Shown piece by piece: positions 9,972 through 22,332 of a stretch of DNA of 64,000 nucleotides. The stretch spans positions 26,102,001 to 26,166,000 of the forward strand of contig NC_135667.1 of the NCBI RefSeq assembly GCF_964188315.1, given 5' to 3'. How positions within the stretch are numbered: position 1 is the stretch's first letter; the number at the start of each line of letters is the position of its first letter. A model generated the notes under the pieces. It saw nothing but the letters and a program-made list of their open reading frames with translations, ran no database searches and was not told where the DNA came from. Made by a program: the position numbers and the translations under genes. This DNA is from Podarcis muralis (lineage: Eukaryota).

Positions 9972-12900
9972 GATAATATCTGACATATGGCCAGTGTGAA
10001 ATGAAATACACCCAAGAGTGATTGTATAGGGATCAGTGCCATGCTGCCACTTTTCAAACAGTTGCTGCTGCTGCTTACGAGGATGATGAAGGGTGGGGCA
10101 GGGAGTTGGCAGGGTCAGGGTTCCACAGCTGCACCAGAGGGAGTTCCAGATTGGCTCCTCGGATGCACTCACATAACTCCAACACCCTGCCATCCTTCAG
10201 CATCACAGCAAGTGACAGCAATGCATTACTCTAAACACACAATATGCAGCTGGAAATAAAACATTTTAACTGTGTTGTAAAGTGCATTATACAAATGTGA
10301 CACTAGATGACGATGGTGAGCTATGGGAAATTCAGTATTTTGTTTTCAAAACTTTTTTTTTTAAAAAAAAGCATTTTCACAGTGTTTTTTATATGTGTCT
10401 AGATTCTACCTTGTATACACCTGCATCTCTAGTATGCTTTCCTCTAGTACGGTCCAAAAACAATACTGGAAAGTCAACATTCGGTACTCATTAATGACAC
10501 TTTCTTATCAGATCTCTATGAAATGTAGACTTCTAAAGCTATTTTCACTCTTCTCTCATATATCTTGAATTTCTGACCAATCCCACCCACCAGTTTTTGT
10601 AGTTCCTGAGGATGCCAGCTAAAATCTAAATTCAGACATCAATAACTTGTGCTAGAGGTGTGTATGATTGTCATTGTATGATTTTGTATGATTGCCATTG
10701 AATATTGATTGGTGACTTTGCTCAAGACAAGACGCAATTCTCCAAGTTCCTTTATTTTCATTTGCTTTCAGGGATGAATGCTGTACTCATGCTTGAGTAC
10801 CCATCATTTTGGGGTAGCAGGGGCTAGAATCCATCAACGTCTGTATGTGTGTGTTCCATAACCCTGAAGAAGATGATGCTAACCAAGTGCTAATATGATC
10901 TGTATCTTGGTTGAAAGGCGACTAGGTAAGAGCAGGAAATGAAAGGTCATAAAGCTAGCTTCCTCAAAATGTTATACAAAACATTTTCATGATTTGGAAA
11001 TAACACCTTGATTGCATCTCCCAATTATTGTCCAAAACAGTAAGCTAAAGATCACCTAATGAGATCGTCTAAATCATCTAAAACTATTTTTGAATTGCTA
11101 TTTCAAAATTTCCCCCCTGAGATGTCCAATTAAATATAATTTCTAGAAGATTTACAAACTGAGGCATCTAGTAATATCTGGAGACAGATTCCATGTTTGC
11201 ATGTTGTAGGATAAATAACGCACTGGGCGAAATGGTGTCCATTTCATTTTTCACGCATCATACAATAAGCTCATGAAGACAGAGGGCTGAGGCACACCAT
11301 CCATGAAAATATAAGGAAACATTATTTTTTAAAAAATGGAATCTGGATCTTTTAAAAAATCAAACTGAACAGGAGCTCTGGATATGCTTTTCATCACATA
11401 AAGGTACAAACAAAATGCAACTAGATATATATTTTTTAAAAATGAACTTCTGCTACAGAAGGTTAGAGTTCTGTTCAAGTCCCATTCAAGTGCATCTGAA
11501 AGGAGGTTTGTTTGTTTGTTGTTGTTTTTTAAAAAAACAGCAACAAACCAACAACAACCACCAAAAATCACAATCATAGAGCTATATCCCATGGTGCAAG
11601 AACAGAATAGATCTTTACCTTCTCCTCTTCCTTTTCACTCCTCCAGATGTTTGGGAAGCCTACAAAACACTCTGGACTATCATTGTGAAAGCTGCCTTCC
11701 TTTTTCCGCCATTATCTTTCTGTATTCTCATTGTCTAGTTAATACATATTTTGTTTGCTCTTTCAGAAAGACTATGACTACTTTTATAACCAAAATGAAG
11801 GCAACCTGTTCTTTGATAGATTGCAGCTCCCAATTATATACTCACTTACCCTATTAAAAATTATGGAGATTACTTCTCCACAGATATGTAAAGAATGGCA
11901 TTGCAATTGACACGTTGTAGGAAGCATGTTTTGTTTTTGTTTTTTGACATTCGACATTCATTATTAACTTAGTGCAGGTTATCTCATTTCATCTTTCCCT
12001 ACTTTTTGAGTACTTGTGGGTCTGGAAGACCATTTTCATCCAACAAATAAAGTATTCATGAGATAATATGCAATGGCTGAAGAATTAGAGATAATATGTG
12101 TGAGTCTTCTTATCAGTCATTAAAATTGTTTCTCAAACATTAGGCATGAAGGTTCCTTCTATATGGGGAGGGTGATATCACCAACCACCTGTGGAATCAT
12201 GCAGCGCATCTTCATTGTTTGCAAAGAAATAACCAGTCAGCACTATAACTCCTGACCTAATTTGTGGGGACTAAGTCCAGGTGTCCAGTTTTTGTTTACT
12301 CCTTAAAACTTATTGTATTCTGTTAGAGTTGCTGCTGATGGCGATTGCATGTACAAGTGAAATAATATAAAAGAGAGGACTTGCTCATGTGGAAGAACTG
12401 AATGGAGATAAAGATTCATAAATAATTCTAGACAATGCCACTGAGACCAAATAATCTTTTTCAGATGGTAAGCAAATTGAATTGCATAATTTACATCAGT
12501 GCATTAAAAAAAACTTAAATGCATCAATAACATTTATTATTAATTTACTAAAGGAGCTCTACATTACATTTGTTATTAAATGAATTCCTGATTTCAACTC
12601 TATTTTTATTCAAGCCATGGCTTGGGGTGTTAAGTTTTTTAACATCTGCCAAGACGCTGCCTTTAACACCCACTTCTTGCAGAAACATAAGCAGGTGATA
12701 ATGGTTATCTTAATGTCTCAAAAAGGTTCACCTATTGATTCCTGCTAACCAAACTGCTTCTGAAGGTGAGGTCAGGTTTTCAGAATTGTCAATAAAAATA
12801 GTTTTGAAGCTGTAGTGATGTGGAAATGTGGGGCTGGCAAGGAGCGTGCAGCAAATGAATTACATTGCAAATGTGCTGAATTTCTGAAAACTTGGCTATT

Positions 12901-12992
12901 TGTAATAGAGTAACAGTGTTGATTGCTTTATTCTACTGTAGCACCCAAATCCTCTTTATGAATGGAATCATAAGGCAAAGGAAACGAAATGA

Positions 12993-13973
12993 ATGGAAGT
13001 GCCTGTAAGAGAAAATCAAACTCATGTCACTCAGTTTATCCTTCTGGGATTCCGAGAGCTGAAGAATCTGCAGGTCCTTCTGTTTCTGGGATTCCTTGCA
13101 ATCTACATTGTCACCATGGCAGGGAATCTTCTCATTCTTGTGCTTGTAGTCAGTGATCAACACCTTCACACCCCCATGTACTTTTTCCTTGGAAACCTAT
13201 CTTGTTTAGAGATCTGCTACAGCTCAACACTCATACCTGTATTGCTTACCACTCTCTTGTGGGATGGAAAGGTCATTTCATTTGAGAGCTGCTTCCTGCA
13301 GTTATTTTTCTTTGGCTACTGTTTGGGTGCAGAATGTTATTTGCTTTCTGTGATGTCCTATGACAGGTATTTAGCAATATGTAAGCCACTGCATTATGCA
13401 ACAGCTATGAACACCAGGAAGTGTGTCCAATTAGCAGCTGTGTCCTGGACAAATGGTGCCATAGGCATTTCCATAATCATGGCTGCTATGCTGCAGCTTA
13501 CATACTGTGGCCCCAATGAAATCGATCATTACTTCTGTGATTCCGTTCCACTTAAAAAACTTTCATGCAGTGACACAAATTTGGTAGAGCATGTCAATTT
13601 AACATTGCTGTTTATATACACTATGCCTCCATTTCTACTGACTCTAGCATCCTACGTATGCATTATAAGGGCAATCCTAAGAATCTCATCAACCACTGGA
13701 AGGCAAAAGGCCTTCTCCACATGTTCTTCTCACCTCATTGTTGTTTCAACTTACTATGGCTCTTTAACAGCTGTATATCTCTTACCAAAGTCCTCTTCAA
13801 TTAACAAGGCCTTTTCTCTTTTGTATACAATTCTTCCTCCTCTAGTAAACCCCCTCATATATAGCCTGAGAAATAAAGAGGTGAAGAGGGCCTTCAGAAA
13901 GGCAAAAAATAGGATAGCAAATTTCAAAATATTTCAAAATGTGCTAGCTAACTTAGTTAGCATTAAAGATTAG
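12993..13973 (+). CDS. Olfactory receptor, class II (OR11/OR6-like group), 326 aa
   Basis: Intact ORF: NQT, LHTPMYFFLGNLSCLE, MSYDRYLAICKPLHY, KAFSTCSSHL, PPLVNPLIYSLRNKEVK. Confidence 0.97.
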   Translation: MEVPVRENQTHVTQFILLGFRELKNLQVLLFLGFLAIYIVTMAGNLLILVLVVSDQHLHTPMYFFLGNLSCLEICYSSTLIPVLLTTLLWDGKVISFESCFLQLFFFGYCLGAECYLLSVMSYDRYLAICKPLHYATAMNTRKCVQLAAVSWTNGAIGISIIMAAMLQLTYCGPNEIDHYFCDSVPLKKLSCSDTNLVEHVNLTLLFIYTMPPFLLTLASYVCIIRAILRISSTTGRQKAFSTCSSHLIVVSTYYGSLTAVYLLPKSSSINKAFSLLYTILPPLVNPLIYSLRNKEVKRAFRKAKNRIANFKIFQNVLANLVSIKD

Positions 13974-15119
13974 TGGGGGGAGGAATAGGAAGACCAGGGA
14001 CGGAGTTGATCAATACTGCCCTGCACCTGTAACCTGATCTGGGCACAACTTGCCGCACCCAAATCTCAACCAAATCAGTTTTTTGGGGCGGAGCTAATGT
14101 GTAATTAGGGCTTCTTAAACCCCTGACTAAACATACAGTCAGGAGGGACATGGAAGAAGGAGATGTTGATTCTCATCCACTGCCACCTGACTGAGAACAG
14201 ACCTGATTTGGTCCAAGCCTGGATCTCTCAAAATTTACCTGATTCAGTTCAAGATTCAGTCTTTGGGTCAATCTGGCACAAAGTCCTAGTGATTAGATTC
14301 AAATGAATCTGTGTGAATTGCATTGATGTTTGGTGACATGCGGGTCCTTTTGTACTAAGAAGAGGGTAGAATGAGGGTGGATGGAACGGAGTGGGGCATG
14401 CATATACGTGCTCTGCTGATATGGGGTGGGGGTGGGAACAGAACCCCCATGTGAAATTATATATATATATTCTCCTTCCCACTACTTTGATGGTGGTTTT
14501 GTTCCAAATGGAGATTTATAATGCCACTTACCACAACACTCTTCAGATCAATGGACTAGCTGCTGTAACTTCAGTCCAGATACAACTTCTTCCCTTTTCT
14601 AACTCCAGAAGGAATAGCTTGGAATGGCTGTAGAATGTTCTTCACAGGGAAATACATACCATCATGCTCATTTTTTAGGTGCCAGGCTAAGACCTTTTCA
14701 TTTGCTAACTAAGCTAGCCTCTGTGGTATTGCTAACCTTTTAGTGTGTATGTGGTTGCGAGGGGAAGTTGGTTTTGCCATTATTGTGTTACTAGATTATC
14801 ATTGCATTAAAAATATTCCTACCAATGGATGTTTATAAATAAGAAGAAGGAGAAGAAAATAAGAAGAGTCCGGCTGGATCAAACCAAAGGCCCACTGAGT
14901 CCAGAATTCTGTTGTGGATATCAGATCCCTGAATTATACTCTCAATAATCAGGGAACAGAAGACTCTGTCTTAAATTACATACCTCCACCTCTGTGTATC
15001 AATTCTGTATTAAAGATATTAAAGAAACATAGAAAACATAGCTGGTGATGTTTCATTACAGATCTCCATTAGTCAATCATCATTTTTTTGGGAAAAGATG
15101 AGTCTCCAATAGGCATACT

Positions 15120-15530
15120 TCATTTTAAGCGAACATCCATCACAAGACATGTTCTGCAACTTTTATATTTGGACGATGTGGTGGTACTTCCACACTTGCA
15201 GATAGAATTAAATCGCTTATTGCTACACTTTTTGGAGTATTGAAAGTGCACACTAAATTCCGAGAAGTCAACAATCATGGTCTTTGCAAAGTCATGGAGA
15301 GTGCATAAGTGAGTGATAAGGGGAAACATCATTGAACAAGTTAAGTGGTTTAAATATGTAGGCATTTATTTTCATTATAAGGCTGGCTGGGTCACAGAAT
15401 TTGCTATTAATGCTGCTAAAAGTAATGTGCCAGTGATCACTCATTTCTGTTATTCCAAAGGGAACCAGTATGTTCTGGCAGCCCAGTGGATGTGCAATGC
15501 TAAGCACACAACTGCTATATGACATCCCAG
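15120..15530 (+). mobile_element. Degenerate non-LTR retrotransposon RT fragment (clade unassigned)
   Basis: Manual translation LLYLDDVVVL...NSEKSTIMVF...IEQVKWFKYVGI (YxDD and FKYLG-type motifs) with in-frame stops. Confidence 0.7.
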
Positions 15531-15823
15531 TTTGTACAGTATATATCTATATCCTGATATACAACAACATAACAGCCTTATACCTCTAAGCAAAAGAGGG
15601 TGGAATGTTTTCAATTTACATGCCTTGTCTCCTGATTTCTTGAATTAGGATATATATAATGGTTCTATGGGGAAATGTTTACATAATTAAGTGGAATCCT
15701 AACTATGCCTACTCAAAATTCATAAGGACTTAGTTCTGTATAGATATGGTTAGAATTGTAGCCTAAATAGCTGGTAATTTCCCCGACCATTCATTCAGTT
15801 TTATTTATAAGAGAGGAGTTCTA

Positions 15824-16268
15824 TTAAATTTTGAATTTCTGCTGCATGCATTTCACTTTCAAAATCTTCCCAGCAGCCTTTCCCATTGCATCCTTTACAT
15901 CTTTATTCCTCAGGCTATATATGAGGGGGGTTAAGTAAAGGGGGCAGGACTTTGTACAAAAGAGAAAATATTTTATTGAAATATCTCACTGTGTCAGTTT
16001 TTGGTATCAGATAGATGATAAATATGGCCCCATAGAATATAGAGACAACAATCAGGTGGAAAAAGCCTTTTGTCTCCCAGTGGTGGAAGGGATCCTCAGG
16101 ATGGCAGCAATAATATAGATATAGGAGACCAAGGTTGAAACAAAAGGAGGGGATGTGATTATAAATGCCACAGCAAAGGTGACAAGTTTCACAAGAAATG
16201 TATCACTGCAGGATAGTTTTACCAATGGCAGAGCTTCACAAAAGAAATGATCTATTTCATTGTTTCTT
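15824..16268 (-). pseudogene. OR pseudogene, 3' half (ECL2 to stop), frameshifted
   Basis: EIDHFFCEALP...SCSDT...PPFVSTLVSYI...STTGRQKAF and YSLRNKDVK motifs. There is a 13-nt deletion in STCSSH and an extra G in a G-run. The 5' half is missing next to a SINE. Confidence 0.9.
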
Positions 16269-16279
16269 AGGTCATTAGG

Positions 16280-16488
16280 GTAATTCTGGCGTTTCCATGC
16301 ACTCTGGTTTCCGTCACAGTGTTCTGTTGTGCCAGAAGTGGTTTAGTCATGCTGGCCACATGACCTGGAAAGCTATCTGTGGAGAAATGCCAGCTCCCTC
16401 AGCCCGAAAGCGAGATGAGCGCTGCACCCCATAGTTGCTTTTGACTGGACTTAACTGTCCAGGGGTCCTTTACATTTTTTTACCTTTC
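16280..16488 (+). mobile_element. Sauria SINE, 5'-truncated
   Basis: GTCATGCTGGCCACATGACC...GCGAGATGAGCGCTGCACCCC...GGGGTCCTTTAC 3' region matches the full copies in the window. Confidence 0.8.
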
Positions 16489-16683
16489 TGACATTTGTGT
16501 TCAGAAATATCTATGGAAATTGGATGACTGCTTCTGTACATCCTCATCATAGAAACATAATCAAATATCACAAATAAATGTACCAACAGAACAGGGCTTA
16601 CAGAACAGGATGGCTAACAAGTATTTACAGCTTAATATTTTCGCCTTCTTTTTTTTTGTATACACTTTCATATTTCATATGAG

Positions 16684-17607
16684 TTAGGGATGAGTGGAAA
16701 ATATGCTTCTGAGAGCAACTCTGACTTCCTTGTTCCTCAAACTGTAAATAAGAGGATTGAACAAAGGTGGCAGGACAGTGTACAAGAGTGAAAGGCTTTT
16801 GTCTGTGTCATGGAAATGGCTTTTAGGTTTCAAATACACAGTTATTCCAGAGCCATAAAACAACATCACTACCATGAGATGTGAGGAGCATGTTGAGAAG
16901 GCCTTTTGCCTCCCTTCCACAGATGACATCTTGAAAATGGTGGAGGCAATGCACATGTATGACATGAAGATCAATGCAAAGGGTATTAGTCCAAGTAAAG
17001 CTACCTCTACCAGAGCCATCTTCTCATTTAAAGATGTATCTCCACATACAAGTTTGACCACAGCAGGGAAGTCACAGAAGAAGTGGTTAATTTCTTTGGA
17101 GTCACAGAAATAAGAGGTGAACACCAGGAAAGTCTGGCCGAGTTGCACTGGAATGGCAGCTAGCCACGAAGCTGCAACCAGCCCAAAACACACTCTACTG
17201 CTCATAATCAGGGTGTAATGCAGGGGCCGGCAAATGGCAACATAGCGGTCATATGCCATGGCAGCCAAGAGGAAGCACTCTGCTGCCCCTGTGATGAGGA
17301 AGCCACACATTTGAAAGGCACAACCAACAAATGAAATAGTTTTGTCCTTTGATAGGAGGTTTTCAAGCATCTTGGGAATAATGACTGATGTGCAGCAGAT
17401 CTCTAGATAGGACAGGTTTCTGAGAAAGAAATACATGGGGCTGTGGAGTGCCTGGTTAGCCAGTGTGACAGCTATTATGAGGATGTTCCCAATCAGGGTC
17501 AAAACATAGATGCTTAGGAAAATGGAGAAGAACAAACCCTCCAGACCTGGCAGATCAGAGAATCCCAGTAGCAGGAAGCTATTCACCATGCTCTTGTTGA
17601 CTCTCAT
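16684..17607 (-). CDS. Olfactory receptor, class II (OR10-like), 307 aa
   Basis: Intact ORF: NKS, LHSPMYFFLRNLS, MAYDRYVAICRPLHY, HFFCD, KAFSTCSSHL, NPLIYSLRNKEV. Confidence 0.97.
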   Translation of the reverse strand: MRVNKSMVNSFLLLGFSDLPGLEGLFFSIFLSIYVLTLIGNILIIAVTLANQALHSPMYFFLRNLSYLEICCTSVIIPKMLENLLSKDKTISFVGCAFQMCGFLITGAAECFLLAAMAYDRYVAICRPLHYTLIMSSRVCFGLVAASWLAAIPVQLGQTFLVFTSYFCDSKEINHFFCDFPAVVKLVCGDTSLNEKMALVEVALLGLIPFALIFMSYMCIASTIFKMSSVEGRQKAFSTCSSHLMVVMLFYGSGITVYLKPKSHFHDTDKSLSLLYTVLPPLFNPLIYSLRNKEVRVALRSIFSTHP

Positions 17608-17935
17608 TTGTAAATCTGAGAAAAACAGAAAAAGTCTTTATGATATCAATGTGAGAGACCCAGCATATTTCTAAAGAAATGGTTCCAGATAATCAACGGT
17701 CCTCTCCAGAGCGGATTTGCAAAGATATACAAGAGTTGCAGAAGGAATCAGCAAAAAAATTATATTCCTTTCCCTTCTGTTAGTGGCAGCATTTCAAGAA
17801 CAAAATCTAGTTTATGGAATTCTGGATCTAACTGAATAAATTGCTAGGAATTTGGCAGTCTTGATTATTGTAACTGAGTCTATTAGTGTGGTTTTCTCTG
17901 ATGACACTGATGGTGACGAGGGGCTCATTTTTGAA

Positions 17936-20006
17936 GGCTCTGATATTTGAGATTTGGAGGGAGATAGTGCATTACTAAATAATTAATTAATTAAATGTAT
18001 ATACCACCCTTCACCTGAGGATCATAGGGTACCTTACACTATAAAACAAGAAAATATATAACATAATAACAAACATAATAACTGCCTCCAGTTTAAAAAG
18101 CCATGGATTGTTTTAATTAGCCAAAGACTCAAGAGAAGAGAAATGTTTTCATCTAGCACCTAAAGATATGTAATGAAGGTGCCAGGTGAGTAGGAAAGGT
18201 AAGGGAGTTGGCTCTGGTTGTATATATCAGAGCTGGGAAACCTACAGGCCTTCAGATACTGCTACTCCCCTCTGCCCTGATGCTTTGCCATGCTGACTTG
18301 GAATTATGGGAGTTCGAGTACAACATGATCTGGAGGCCCACAGGTTCCACAACTCTGGCATATATAAACTAAACAGACATTACACAGACCACAAGTTTCC
18401 AGTACTCTCTCTTTGGAAACCTGAAAGTTTAAAAGATTCATTGTTGTATAACAAAGGAAGAAGTTTTTGAATACTGGAAGAGGAAATCAATGTTCCTTTT
18501 CTTCCTTCCAGAAAGAACCCTGTATAGTGAGCTATGCATGGTTTATAACTTCATTGAGAACTACCGACCCCAACTCTAAGCCATGATACTATGTTTTTGC
18601 TCAAGCAGACCAATTGCCCCATTCCACCTCCCAATAACACCCTCAGTATTCCAGACAACTTAGAAACTGAGCATAGGTCCTTGTTGGGTTATTATTTAAA
18701 CCTTTCCCCCTTTTGATTTAGACACTAATATATGTGTGCCTATATGGTAGCTCGTAGAAGTATGAAAGCATTGGCTTCTGTTTACTGTGACCTTATTTTG
18801 AAACTGATAAGTACAGGGCCACCGGTATTTGGTATTAGAAGAACACAATTGTTCCTAATATTTTCTAATATACCACATAATATTCATAGATATTTTTTAC
18901 ATGGAGTGTGAACAAAAGAATGTGTTAAGTACCTCTATCCCAGATGAATGAGGAAGTGGAAGTTTACGGAAGGTCCAATTTCTATTATTCGTTGGTCCTG
19001 GAAGAAAGCTGTACCTTTTCCATTCTTTTCCAATATTCATGATATTTGGCTCACTTAGGCTACATTTTCTTAGTTAGTTCCTTGTGTAATTTCTGCATCT
19101 GATGGTTTTACATTTCTCGTTTCAGCAACAAAAGGAAGTCTCCCCTTGACTGTTATTTATTCTTGGGGAAAATAGGTGGCCTTGTAATAATTTATTAGCA
19201 GTGGTTTCAGAGAGATTGCCAATTATTAGTTATGAACTCCAGTGAGAGTTCAGGCAAACAAAATGAACTTAGAATGAAATAACATGGGGATGTTGCATCA
19301 TTAAAGGAAATCCCTGAAGATGGTCCTTTGGGCCAATTCACCTAATGTGGGTACACTACTTCATTTCTCACCATTTGATTGGGGATTCCGAGCTGAATTG
19401 GTACACTAATTTCATTCTGAAACACTCTGTTTCAGTGGGATTCTGTCAGATTCTATAATGACCCCACCAGTATATTTTGAGTATAGACATGTTCTTAAAA
19501 AGTTTAAGGTTGGAAGATTTTCAACTTCTCTGCCATTTTGTTCAAACGTCATGTGTATTAGGAAGGGAAAAACCAAAAAATGAAGATAGAAAAAGAAATA
19601 AACAATTGGATTGAAATTGAAAATCAAGTTTTGTACAGGGAAAGGAATAGGAATTTGTGTATTGGACATCCTGCAAACCAGGGATGGGGAACCTGTGGAT
19701 ACCAGATGTTGATGGACTTCAACTTGGAGCTGCCCCATCAGCATGGTCAATGGTCATGGATTATGGGAGTTGGAGTCCAACAACACCAAGAAAACCACAG
19801 GTTCTTTATCCTTCCTGTATACCACACTTGATTGAGATATTTATACTGTGGCATTGTACTATTTTTTCTGTTTGCTATACATCAATACAAGAAGTGCTAC
19901 GGAGGACATTGTATAACCACACATTTAAAAAATCACTCATAATTTTTATTTTTTGCATGCATTCAGTTTTATTTATAATTATGGAGAAGACCGCCAATCC
20001 TGATTC
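17936..20006 (+). repeat. Segmental duplication copy 2 (paralog 3178-5200)
   Basis: Collinear alignment that includes the same two MITEs. Confidence 0.9.
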
Positions 20007-20014
20007 TACTAAGG

Positions 20015-20150
20015 CAGGCTTCCTCCACCTCGGCCCTCCAGATGTTTTTGGCCCACAACTCCCATAATCCCTAGCTTGCAGGACCAGTGGTCAGGGATGA
20101 TGGGAATTGTAGTCTCAAAACATCTGGAGCGCCGAGGTTGAGGAAGCTTG
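20015..20150. mobile_element. hAT-type MITE, 136 bp
   Basis: TIR CAGGCTTCCTCCACCTCGG / CCGAGGTTGAGGAAGCTTG and perfect 8-bp TSD TACTAAGG. Confidence 0.9.
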
Positions 20151-20568
20151 TACTAAGGTCACATACCAGATACACTCTTGTAAATGTGCATATTCTCAAG
20201 CTCCACATACAAACCTCACTGAAAATGTGCATATGCCCATGCCCTACTGCCAAGCTCTGGATCCTCCTAGCCCTGAAGTTTATCCTCCTGATATCACTGC
20301 CTCTTCACCTACCATCTCTGCGTGAGTAATGAGAGAGCATGGAGAAATACAGTAACCTTCACAAGCATTATCCCCTCTCCCTTTAAAAGTTGTGGTGCCT
20401 GTTGGTCCCAGAGGAAGAAGCAATCCAAAGGGTAGTGAAAACAGTGAAATAGGAAGGGGATGAATTCTTGAAAGGAACCTTAGCAGAAACTTCTTACCAA
20501 AATACCCATAAAGCCTGGAACCGATGTTGTTTGGAAAAGGCTTTGGATAACTATTTAGCTTTGAACCC

Positions 20569-21522
20569 CTAATTCAGAAAATGGCCTTCTAAAATCTTCC
20601 CCGTGGCCTTCCTGAAAGATTCCTTCACATCCTTGTTTCTCAGGCTATATACAAGGGGGTTAATTAAAGGGGGAAGGACTGTATAAAAAAGAGAAAATAT
20701 TTTGCTAACGTTTCTCATTGCTTCAGTTTTTGGTATCACATATACAATGATTAATGCCCCATAGAACATGGAAACGACAATCACATGAGAAGAACAGGTG
20801 GAAAAGGCCTTCTGCTTCCCAGTGGTGGATGGGATTTTTAAAATGGCAGCAATAATATATATGTAGGAGATCACGGTCAAAAGAAAAGGGGGGAAACTGA
20901 ACAAGAAACCAAGGATTAGGATGAAATATTTCACAAGGCTGGTGTCACTGCATGAGATTTTAACCAATGAAAGAGATTCACAAAAGAAATGATCGATTTC
21001 ATTGGAACCACAGTACCGTAGTTGCCATATCAAGACCAAGGTTATGGTGATCGCCACAATGCTGTTGATCCAAGAGCAACTGGCCAGCTGGATACAGAGT
21101 TTACCATTCATAAGAGTTGCATAATATAGGGGTTTGCATATGGCTAAGTAGCGGTCATAAGACATTACAGAAAGCAGATAACATTCTGTACCAATCAGGA
21201 AAGAAACAACAAAAAATTGTGTGTGACATCCTTTAACAGAGATGGTTTTGTCTCCTGTCAGAAGACTGGTCAGCATCCTGGGCAGGGTGGTTGAGCTGTA
21301 GGCTGCTTCCAAAAAAGACAAATTTCCCAGGAAGAAGTACATAGGTGTGTGCAGGTGATGATCAGTCACTATGAGAAAGACCATGAGGATATTGAAAGCA
21401 ATTGTCAAAATGTAGATCCCCAGAAACACAAGGAACAGAAAGATGTGCAGATGAGGGAGATCTCCAAATCCCAGAAGGATGAACTCTGTGATTTCACTCA
21501 GGTTTCTCTGCATTGTCATCAA
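20569..21522 (-). CDS. Olfactory receptor, class II, 317 aa (probable chimera)
   Basis: Intact ORF: NLS, LHTPMYFFLGNLS, MSYDRYLAICKPL, KAFSTCSSH, NPLVYSLRNKDVK. Confidence 0.97.
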   Translation of the reverse strand: MMTMQRNLSEITEFILLGFGDLPHLHIFLFLVFLGIYILTIAFNILMVFLIVTDHHLHTPMYFFLGNLSFLEAAYSSTTLPRMLTSLLTGDKTISVKGCHTQFFVVSFLIGTECYLLSVMSYDRYLAICKPLYYATLMNGKLCIQLASCSWINSIVAITITLVLIWQLRYCGSNEIDHFFCESLSLVKISCSDTSLVKYFILILGFLFSFPPFLLTVISYIYIIAAILKIPSTTGKQKAFSTCSSHVIVVSMFYGALIIVYVIPKTEAMRNVSKIFSLFYTVLPPLINPLVYSLRNKDVKESFRKATGKILEGHFLN

Positions 21523-21779
21523 ATGCTACATTCTGAAAGATAATTGGAAAGTCATATGAAAGTGATAGCCATTATACAATAGTTAAGTACCACTGAGTGA
21601 AGTAATGGAAGGGAGAAAGATTCCCTCAACCAAGTCTCTGAAAAAAAGTACACCTCTCCAGGGAAGACATGTGAACTAATGCTAGTGTACTGGAAGAAGC
21701 AATGATCACCATTGTCAAAGTAATGATTCTTCAAAATTAACTTTGTTGGACTGGTCATGTTGTGCTGATGCCTGATTAT

Positions 21780-21997
21780 TATACGATATACGATACGATA
21801 TACGATATCTTTATTGTCATTGTCCCTTGCGGAACAATGAAATTGAAAACTACATAAAACTACTACAAAACTACATAAAACTACTACAAAACTACATAAA
21901 ACTACTACAAAACTACATAAAACATTCAAAAACCCCTAAAAACTCTAAAACCCCATTTTAAAATACACTATACTACTATTGTCTTCCAAAGCAACTA
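21780..21997 (-). mobile_element. 3' end of an unassigned LINE inserted into the RTE
   Basis: Minus strand ends ...GACAATGACAATAAAGAT followed by an (ATCGT)n-like tail. It includes a 21-bp tandem repeat (AAAACTACATAAAACTACTAC, about 3.5 copies) and splits the RTE motif ATGCCTGATTATTGTCTTCC. Confidence 0.6.
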
Positions 21998-22332
21998 CTC
22001 TACTCTGAACGTAAAAAGGTAGGCATGATGCTGGTGGTCAACAAAAGAGTTTGAACAGCTCTCTCAGGGCAAATCTTAAAAAAATAGTATAAACATTGAC
22101 AACTGAGAAACACTGGCCTGCAAGCGCTCCAATTGAACAGTCTTTACCAAAGGTGTCATGTGTTTTGAAGACACTCGAACTCAGGACAAAAGGGAGAAAA
22201 GCACTAAGAGGAAGGCACACTTGGCAAACTCTCACCATTATCAACTCCCACCCAGAAACCTATGTCCCCACAGTGGAAGGACGTGCGGATCCAGAATTGT
22301 CCTCCATAGTCACTTACAAACTCACTTTTAAA

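Noticed and set aside
9635-10057. 140-aa ORF
   Set aside because: It lies mostly inside the solo LTR and crosses its boundary; no gag/pol/env motifs.
21552-21929. ORF with repeated CSFVVVL
   Set aside because: Translation of the 21-bp tandem repeat in a LINE tail; not a CRISPR array or a repeat protein.
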